The notes under the pieces were generated by a model. The model searched no databases. It was not told the origin of the DNA and was given only the letters and a program-made list of their open reading frames with translations. Positions 1 to 5,780 of a stretch of 5,780 bases of DNA are shown in pieces. The position numbers and the translations under genes were made by a program. How positions within the stretch are numbered: position 1 is the first letter of the stretch; every line of letters begins with the position of its first letter. The stretch is from Amoebophrya sp. A120 (Eukaryota; Protista; Dinoflagellata), in contig CAJINV010000053.1 in assembly GCA_905178155.1 (NCBI GenBank), positions 10,894-16,673 of the forward strand, in the 5' to 3' direction.

Positions 1-249
1 CCCCTCGGTAAAAACGTATTAGAATCGGTTACGTACAGAAATTATTTCATCGTGCAAAACACACAAGAAGAGAAAGAGAGAGCAAGAAGCCGAAAGAGTT
101 TCTTCACAACATTTCAAGAACGTGAACAATGTCGAACACTCTGCAGGATGTATTTTTAGCCCCGCTAAATACTACTTGAGTCATACCCGAAATGGTAATT
201 TGTTCATGAGGTTGATAGTGTTCTCACGATGATCAGCCCTGTGCCAACA
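1..249 (+). repeat. 5' LTR (truncated by 8 bp at the window start)
   Basis: Matches 5085-5333 at 248/249 positions by manual comparison (C91 vs A5175); ends in GTGCCAACA at 241-249. Confidence 0.97.
146..159 (+). promoter_or_regulatory. Putative self-primer / predicted 5' end of the genomic RNA (U3-R boundary)
   Basis: GGATGTATTTTTAG can pair with 252-265 (13 Watson-Crick pairs plus 1 G-U). The transcription start here is inferred by analogy with Tf1, not observed. Confidence 0.6.
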
Positions 250-251
250 AT

Positions 252-265
252 CTAAAAATACATTC
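252..265 (+). promoter_or_regulatory. Non-tRNA primer-binding site (complementary to the element's own LTR sequence 146-159)
   Basis: Lies 2 nt after the LTR-terminal CA, the canonical PBS position, but has no TGG start. CTAAAAATACAT (252-263) is the exact reverse complement of ATGTATTTTTAG (148-159). The PBS function is inferred. Confidence 0.75.
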
Positions 266-536
266 CTCGACCTCAAAAATGTCACTTTTCCGTTTTTTAT
301 TTCCCAACTACGAAATTAAGTTTATCCGTCGGATTCGAGACAATAACAATTATCATACATTTTCCCGTGGTTTTCGAGTAGTAAAAGCTAAGAAATTGCG
401 ATTTGAAATTCTTCTCAACATCTATACTCCAAGACGTAAGCTGTAATTAATAACAAAGCGTAAAAGCCCGCAAATGCAGCATTGACGACCACTCATATCT
501 ACTTTTTGATTTAAACACGATTGTGAATCTCAAATC

Positions 537-1328
537 ATGGACTCTCCATCGCGATCCAGTCAGGCCGGTCACAGTGAAGAACTGAGTACCTCTTCCGGTC
601 TGCACAAGTCCCCCGTCAGCTCCTTCTACGGAAACCAGGACGGTTATCGCGACTACCGGTTCGGCTTGCGCGCGTACCTTCGGGGCAGGCACTTCCTGGA
701 ATACGTGGACGGCAAGAAAACTCCGACCAGCGACGTGAACAGCGAAATTTTCACGATCATCGCCTGCACGCTCCGCAGTGAGGCCATTACAGTGGTTTCC
801 TCAGTTCCCGAAGGTGACGGAGTTGCTGCGTACAAAGCGCTCGAGAATCGCTACGACGCTCCGCGGGTGAGCCGCAAGATTCACTTGCTCCGCACGTTGC
901 TCGGGTTGAAGTGCATCAGCGTGGCGGACGTTTCCAGCTTTATCTCCAAGAAAATTCAGGCGCTGGAGGAGTTGAAGCGGTTGAATTTATCGGCCGAAGA
1001 AGTCGCGTTGATCGGGATTTTGGATCAGCTTCCCCCGGAACTCTCCACCACGGTGGAAGCGTTGATCGCGCGGGAAAATCTGACATTGACGCACCTCTGC
1101 GACTTGATCACGGAGGCGAGTGAGGCGATTTTACGGCGTCAGTCGGAGCATAATCCGACCGCGTTGGCAGGCAAGGGAAACGGAAAGGATCACGATTATT
1201 GGTATTACCGCCCCCGTTCCAAAGGAAAAGGAAAAGGCAAAGGAAAAGGTAAAGGCGAAAAAGGAAAGGGAAAAGGAAAAGGCAAGAAGGGCAAGGCTGC
1301 GGTCGCCGAACTTGCCGAGGCGCTGTAA
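537..1328 (+). CDS. gag: Gag (copia-type capsid protein, Retrotran_gag_2/UBN2-like) with a C-terminal Gly-Lys basic tail
   Basis: 263-aa ORF positioned between the 5' LTR and pol. Copia Gag-like segments include YRFGLRAYLRGRHFLEYVDG, DGVAAYKALENRY and ILDQLPPELSTTVEAL. The ATG is in ATCATGG context. There is no CCHC knuckle. Confidence 0.88.
   Translation: MDSPSRSSQAGHSEELSTSSGLHKSPVSSFYGNQDGYRDYRFGLRAYLRGRHFLEYVDGKKTPTSDVNSEIFTIIACTLRSEAITVVSSVPEGDGVAAYKALENRYDAPRVSRKIHLLRTLLGLKCISVADVSSFISKKIQALEELKRLNLSAEEVALIGILDQLPPELSTTVEALIARENLTLTHLCDLITEASEAILRRQSEHNPTALAGKGNGKDHDYWYYRPRSKGKGKGKGKGKGEKGKGKGKGKKGKAAVAELAEAL
1221..1295 (+). repeat. Imperfect AAAGGN hexamer tandem repeat encoding (KG)n
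   Basis: AAAGGA AAAGGA AAAGGC AAAGGA AAAGGT AAAGGC ... is an almost pure purine tract translating as KGKGKGKGKGKGEKGKGKGKGKKGK. Confidence 0.9.
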
Positions 1329-1470
1329 ATCGAAGACGAAAACTCCTGTTTTGACGTTTTGATCGACGAAAATCAAGAACCTAGGACCGAAAACCGACGA
1401 ACAGTTTTATCCACGAATAATGTTTTGAACCGTGTAAGAAAATCACAACCGAAGAAATACATACCGGAAA

Positions 1471-4400
1471 TTGATCGAAATTTACCAGAAAAACAGAAGA
1501 ACGAGAAACCATCGGAGTACTATCGTGATTGAGTTCAAATCACGACTAGTAGCCAGTCAGAGGACTTTTACGGCCCCAAGGGTATACAAACCGGCTGCAG
1601 GTCGTAATTTGAAAACAAACCGCACTACATTCCGGAACACAGAAATCAAAGGAAAAACCGACAAAATGGGAAAGTACAAAATGAAGCAATTCAAGTGGCG
1701 AAGTGTGAAGAGCAGGAGACGAATCACCATGGTACCAGACTCCGGGTCCACGGACCACCTGGTGAATGATCTCTCCGTTGTCCAGGCCATTTCACCGTAT
1801 GAAAAAATTGTCAACTTCGGCGGTACCGAGCGGATAGCTGGCAAAGTTGTTCGACTCGTCCCGAATTCCCTTAACATTTCGACGGCGATTTTTTCGACGA
1901 GTTTCCGTTTCAACCTGTTATCACTCTACAAATTGACACTGATGAGGCTGTATACGTGTTTTTGGAGTATGAAAATCATCGACGACAAAGGCATGGAAAG
2001 GGCACCGATTTACCGAACCAGTAACATGTACCAGGTGGGAGTTTATTACGATTCCGAAAAACAAGAAGTAGCAGCGATTTCCCAGACCAGTAAAATGCTG
2101 CAACACCAGCGCAACATGCATTTTTTCGACACTACCTGCAGAATCAAGAACTGCCACGCCTGTCAGCAGAACAAGGGGCAGAAACCGTCGCACAACCGAC
2201 GACCACAAGAAAAAGGAATAACGGCGAAAAGGTTCAACGAGGTGGTCCATATCGACATCGTTGGACCGATTTCCCTGCGCTCGTTTAATAACCATCGCTA
2301 CCGTTGCAACCTGGTAGATGGTTACACAGGATGGGGGGAAAGCTACCCCCTGAAAAGCAAAACAGAGCCCTACCTCGCACTACGTCAGTGGGCTCAATCT
2401 CACGGACGACCCCAAGCGGTGCGATGCGACAACGGAGCCGAGTTTCAGGACCTGTTTGCAAAAGAGTGCAGAAGATACAACACCACCATTCGGCGGTCAG
2501 CTCCATACGAACCGGAGCAAAACGGTCTCGCTGAACGTTTCAACAGAACAATCGTCGATGCTATCAGGACGGTGGTAGCGGACACAGATCGGCGATTGTG
2601 GGCAGCAGCAGCGCGGGCCGTCTCGTTTGTCAGGAACCGACTGGCAAGAAGAGAGAAAGAGGCGCCCTACAAGATGCGTTTTCAGCGTAACGCTGCGACC
2701 AACTATTTTCGTCGTTTTGGATCACTATGCTACTACAAAGTGCACGTGAGGACGAAAATGGAGCCGAAGTACAGGATGGGTTGTTTTGTTGGATATGGGG
2801 AACAAAATTCCACGTACAGAGTAGCACACTACAGCAAGGACGGCGCGCTAGTAGTTTCCGAGTGCTACGCGGTCAAGTTTGATGAGTCCAAAACCATCAA
2901 AAATATGAACTCGATCAAGAACATCGACGACCTTGACCCGCTCGACTTACCGGGTGAGTTTACCACTTTGAATTTTGGTAACGGTGAGCAACGAAATGAA
3001 GAGAAAGCATCAAGTTCGAAAATAGCGGAGAACCCCCTCGCTAAGCAAGAAAAAGTCGCAACCGACCAGCAGAAAGCAAACGAGAAAAGTTCAAGCTCCA
3101 GCTCGTCAGCTAATCCAGACCCTGAACCGATAAAACCAGAGTTCTTCGATGGAATTAGCCGTAAACTCGTGCAGAATCCGAATGCTCGAATCGTACCGAA
3201 ACGACCCCCGCCCGTTCCTCAGCAGGGACAGCCACAAGTTCATCGGGTGATGGATGTTTTGAAGGCTATCGAGTATCGACAAAAACTTGAAAAGCAGCAG
3301 GTAAATCGCAAACGCGAGCCGGAACATTCGAAAGAAGACCTTCCGGAACCAAAGCGCCGAGCTGTTACCAGTTTTGTTGCTTGGGCACTTTTGACATCGG
3401 TGAAACCGAAGCAGGCAACTGGGACCGACTGGGATGCAGCCAGGCAAAAAGAACTCGACGGCTTAAACCGACTAAAAACTTGGGTCGAAGAACAGCCACC
3501 ACCGAGCACGCCCGTCATTCCCATAGTTTTGAACTACACGATCAAGGCGGATGGACGAAAGAAAGCCAGGGCGGTAGTGTTGGGCAATCTCGAACAAATC
3601 GACAACGAGAAAAACGATTTCGATTGCTACTCTCCGGTCGTTTCACACATCACAATCCGGACCATGCTCAAGAAAATGGCGACCGAAAATTTGTGTTGTT
3701 CGGGCTTCGATATCGAAAATGCATTCGTGACAGCGAACTTGACGAAGAGAGTTTATTGTCGACTACCACCTGAATGGGGCGGAAAAACCGTTCGTCTTAT
3801 CAAAGCACTTTACGGATTGCGATCAGCACCACGACACTACAGTGACCATTTTGCTGCTGAAATCGCGGCAATCGGGTGGACAAGAAGCGAGCACGATCCT
3901 GGCTTGTTTGTCAAGATCGTGGGACAAAGTAAGTACTTTTTGCTCGCGTATGTCGATGACGGTCTGATTTTAGGACCAGAACAAGCAAAATGCGACGAGC
4001 TACGAAGTGAAATTTTGAAGATATTCAAGGGCCGGCTTTTGGAAGTAACCAAGGAAAACAAAACCGAAAAATTTGAATATTTGGGCTTGACAATTACCCA
4101 CGACCGAGCCAATCACATCGTGCACGTGAGTCAGAAAAAGGCAACCGATCGGATTTTGAAAAACTTCAACATGGAAAAAGTAAAACCAGCAAAAACGCCA
4201 ATTGTCAAAAACATCGACCCCAACGGGACGCCGTTACAACCGAACCAAATCCCTTTCAACTACAGAGCGGTAGTGGGCCACTTGCAGTTTTTATCCTGTT
4301 TTTCACGACCCGACCTCACCTACAGCGTGAAAGAATTGAGTCGGCACCTGGAGGCGCCAAATCAGGAAGCAGTGGACGCAGCAATTCGAGTTTTTCAGTA

Positions 4401-4920
4401 TTTGAAGGCGACAAGTACCATGGGCATCACGTTCAAAAAGGAAACCAAACGAATGGAAGACCTGCAGTTTCAGGCATTTTCGGACGCTAGTTTCGCAAAT
4501 GAAGAAAACCGAAAAAGCTGCAGCGGATGCCTTGTAACATTGGGATCGTCGCCCATTTGGTGGAAATCGAAAACGCAAAACGAAATCGCTATAAGTACTT
4601 GCGAAGCGGAGTACTACGCGCTTTTCGTACTGGTCAAAGAGTTGAAATCTATTCGCCAACTGTACAACTTTATTTGGGATTTCAAACCTAAGTTTACGGT
4701 GTACGTCGACAACAAGTCCGCCATCAAGCTGGCAAAACACAGCTTGGTGACAAACAGGACGAAACACATCGATGTACGTTATCACTTCTTGCGGAGTTCA
4801 GTACTAAGTAAGGAAATCGAAATAAAATATATTCCCTCGAAAGAAAATAGAGCAGATTCGCTAACAAAACCAACAGCCGCGAGCTATTTTCAAAACCAAC
4901 TAGGTGTAGGTATGTTATAA
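1471..4920 (+). CDS. pol: Pol polyprotein (aspartic protease, integrase, reverse transcriptase, RNase H); true start uncertain (frame opens at 1438, first in-frame ATG at 1666)
   Basis: Uninterrupted ORF with motifs for all four domains. Protease: PDSGSTDH. Integrase: HQRNMH..CHAC, HIDIVGP, RCDNGAEF, QNGLAER, FVGY. RT: KARAVVLG, FDIENAF, KALYGL, YVDD, YLGL. RNase H: FSDASFA, STCEAEY, VDNKSAI, KHIDVRYH, ADSLTKP. Confidence 0.97.
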   Translation: MIEIYQKNRRTRNHRSTIVIEFKSRLVASQRTFTAPRVYKPAAGRNLKTNRTTFRNTEIKGKTDKMGKYKMKQFKWRSVKSRRRITMVPDSGSTDHLVNDLSVVQAISPYEKIVNFGGTERIAGKVVRLVPNSLNISTAIFSTSFRFNLLSLYKLTLMRLYTCFWSMKIIDDKGMERAPIYRTSNMYQVGVYYDSEKQEVAAISQTSKMLQHQRNMHFFDTTCRIKNCHACQQNKGQKPSHNRRPQEKGITAKRFNEVVHIDIVGPISLRSFNNHRYRCNLVDGYTGWGESYPLKSKTEPYLALRQWAQSHGRPQAVRCDNGAEFQDLFAKECRRYNTTIRRSAPYEPEQNGLAERFNRTIVDAIRTVVADTDRRLWAAAARAVSFVRNRLARREKEAPYKMRFQRNAATNYFRRFGSLCYYKVHVRTKMEPKYRMGCFVGYGEQNSTYRVAHYSKDGALVVSECYAVKFDESKTIKNMNSIKNIDDLDPLDLPGEFTTLNFGNGEQRNEEKASSSKIAENPLAKQEKVATDQQKANEKSSSSSSSANPDPEPIKPEFFDGISRKLVQNPNARIVPKRPPPVPQQGQPQVHRVMDVLKAIEYRQKLEKQQVNRKREPEHSKEDLPEPKRRAVTSFVAWALLTSVKPKQATGTDWDAARQKELDGLNRLKTWVEEQPPPSTPVIPIVLNYTIKADGRKKARAVVLGNLEQIDNEKNDFDCYSPVVSHITIRTMLKKMATENLCCSGFDIENAFVTANLTKRVYCRLPPEWGGKTVRLIKALYGLRSAPRHYSDHFAAEIAAIGWTRSEHDPGLFVKIVGQSKYFLLAYVDDGLILGPEQAKCDELRSEILKIFKGRLLEVTKENKTEKFEYLGLTITHDRANHIVHVSQKKATDRILKNFNMEKVKPAKTPIVKNIDPNGTPLQPNQIPFNYRAVVGHLQFLSCFSRPDLTYSVKELSRHLEAPNQEAVDAAIRVFQYLKATSTMGITFKKETKRMEDLQFQAFSDASFANEENRKSCSGCLVTLGSSPIWWKSKTQNEIAISTCEAEYYALFVLVKELKSIRQLYNFIWDFKPKFTVYVDNKSAIKLAKHSLVTNRTKHIDVRYHFLRSSVLSKEIEIKYIPSKENRADSLTKPTAASYFQNQLGVGML
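1720..2050 (+). other. Aspartic protease domain of Pol (approximate bounds)
   Basis: Catalytic DSG at 1738-1746 in ITMVPDSGSTDHLV; the downstream FNLLSL resembles the copia protease NL(L/I)S motif. Confidence 0.8.
2095..2890 (+). other. Integrase: HHCC finger, DDE core and copia-type GKGY/SH3-like region (approximate bounds)
   Basis: HHCC at 2104-2163; catalytic D at 2254 (HIDIVGP), D at 2428 (RCDNG) and E at 2533 (GLAER); RFGSLCY..KMEPK..FVGY up to 2796. Confidence 0.93.
3430..4220 (+). other. Reverse transcriptase (RVT_2 / copia type; approximate bounds)
   Basis: WDAARQKEL, KARAVVLG, YSPVV, FDIENAF, LIKALYGLRSAP, YVDD at 3949-3960, and YLGL. Confidence 0.95.
4468..4890 (+). other. RNase H (Ty1/copia type; approximate bounds)
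   Basis: All four catalytic acidic residues are present: FSDAS (D at 4483), EAEY, VDNKSAI and RADSLTKP. Confidence 0.95.
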
Positions 4921-5064
4921 ATGTTTCACCTCTCACACTGGTCAAACATCCTAGCAGAAACAGTTTTTTCATTACAAAAATGCAACTTATTCATTTACAA
5001 AATTAGGAATTTTATCTTTCTCCAAACCGATATACTTTTGCAATTTATCCGAATAGTATAAATT

Positions 5065-5076
5065 GGGGGGGGAGAA
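5065..5076 (+). promoter_or_regulatory. Polypurine tract (plus-strand primer)
   Basis: GGGGGGGGAGAA immediately precedes the TG of the 3' LTR. Confidence 0.93.
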
Positions 5077-5333
5077 TGTTGGCACCCCTCGGTAAAAACG
5101 TATTAGAATCGGTTACGTACAGAAATTATTTCATCGTGCAAAACACACAAGAAGAGAAAGAGAGAGCAAGAAGCAGAAAGAGTTTCTTCACAACATTTCA
5201 AGAACGTGAACAATGTCGAACACTCTGCAGGATGTATTTTTAGCCCCGCTAAATACTACTTGAGTCATACCCGAAATGGTAATTTGTTCATGAGGTTGAT
5301 AGTGTTCTCACGATGATCAGCCCTGTGCCAACA
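5077..5333 (+). repeat. 3' LTR, 257 bp, with 9-bp terminal inverted repeats TGTTGGCAC/GTGCCAACA
   Basis: Begins with TG directly after the purine tract and ends with CA where identity with the 5' copy stops (CA|ATCT vs CA|TTTC). 5077-5085 is the reverse complement of 5325-5333. Confidence 0.97.
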
Positions 5334-5780
5334 TTTCGTGTCCTTGTGATATCAAATAAAGAACCTTTTCGAATGTTTTCGCGAGCCCATATTTCAAAAA
5401 ATATTTCCAGCGTTTTGCGAAGGATTCTCCAGTCGCGTCGAATATTCCTGACCTCTACCGCGTACGTTGTCGAACCTGCCAACACCGGCGCACAGCCACA
5501 AAGCTCCGCGAATCTTTGACGAGCTCGCCAAAAATAAAAAAACACGGCCGCCACGATTTCGACGATTAGCAGCACGCTTGTGCCTCGCGATCCGTCCGCC
5601 TGTTGAGTTTTACGGACATCAGCATCCGCCGGGTTCTCGCCGAAATCTTGCAACCTTGGACACCTGCAACCAAGATGCAGCCGGCCGGGAAATGTAAAAA
5701 ACGCAACAGCGCGAGCCATGCCCGACGGTAGGGATGGCCGACGCAAAAAACGAGGCAGCGAGCAAAACCACAGCCCTCCA

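Larger units (their letters stand above)
1..5333 (+). mobile_element. Ty1/copia-superfamily LTR retrotransposon, near full length (first 8 bp of the 5' LTR lie outside the window)
   Basis: Two direct repeats (1-249 = 5085-5333) flank gag and pol ORFs. The pol domain order protease-integrase-RT-RNase H is diagnostic for Ty1/copia. There is a PPT before the 3' LTR and the LTR has TG...CA termini. Confidence 0.98.

Noticed and set aside
175-195. Partial complementarity of CTTGAGTCA...AAATGG to the dinoflagellate spliced leader (CCATTTTGGCTCAAG)
   Set aside because: It is only 9 bp with a G-U pair plus 6 bp across a 6-nt insertion, it is not at the PBS position, and the host is unknown; it is compatible with chance.
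47-232. Short inverted matches inside the LTR (TCATCGTG/CACGATGA, GAACACT/AGTGTTC, TGAACAA/TTGTTCA)
   Set aside because: Inverted matches of 7-8 bp are expected by chance in 257 bp, and these are not mutually nested.
250-275. Canonical tRNA 3'-end PBS or half-tRNA-iMet PBS
   Set aside because: There is no TGG within the first bases after the LTR and no GGTTATGGGCC-like sequence; the region matches the element's own LTR instead.
1268-1274. In-phase -1 slippery heptamer G GGA AAA in the KG repeat
   Set aside because: The -1 frame terminates at TGA 1352-1354 and is not the pol frame; the heptamer is expected by chance in a Lys-Gly codon repeat.
1326-1328. Reassigned stop codon (TAA as sense) explaining the open frame beyond gag
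   Set aside because: About 1400 codons of gag and pol contain no in-frame TAA, TAG or TGA, which argues for the standard code; pol would still be out of frame.
5355-5360. AATAAA polyadenylation signal
   Set aside because: It lies outside the 3' LTR, so it is not part of the element; no canonical TATA or AATAAA could be identified within the LTR.
5477-5484. TGCCAACA, identical to the LTR terminus, in the flank
   Set aside because: It is an isolated 8-mer with no further LTR similarity, so it is not a solo or partial LTR.
447-5746. Minus-strand and alternate-frame ORFs of 60-160 aa (e.g. 4303-4785, 5288-5746, 3381-3773)
   Set aside because: These are shadow ORFs of gag/pol, or ORFs crossing the LTR boundary, with no recognisable motifs; there is no env-like or extra ORF between pol and the PPT (only about 145 bp, AT-rich).

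Overview
The window is almost entirely one apparently intact, very young Ty1/copia-type LTR retrotransposon on the + strand (about 1-5333), followed by about 450 bp of flanking DNA. The 257-bp LTRs have TGTTGGCAC...GTGCCAACA ends and differ at 1 of 249 comparable positions; the 5' LTR lacks its first 8 bp at the window edge. The element carries a separate gag ORF (537-1328), a PR-IN-RT-RNase H pol ORF (to 4920) and a polypurine tract. The standout observation is that there is no tRNA primer-binding site. Instead, the sequence at the PBS position (252-263) is the perfect reverse complement of a 12-mer inside the element's own LTR (148-159; 14 bp with one G-U pair). This is the signature of Tf1-style tRNA-independent self-primed reverse transcription, here in a copia-order element. 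Other oddities are a competing hairpin over the putative self-primer, a gag/pol junction that no single frameshift or readthrough can bridge, a Gag with a (Gly-Lys)n tail instead of a zinc knuckle, and a very compact integrase HHCC finger. The host is eukaryotic; an alveolate/dinoflagellate-type host is only a weak guess.
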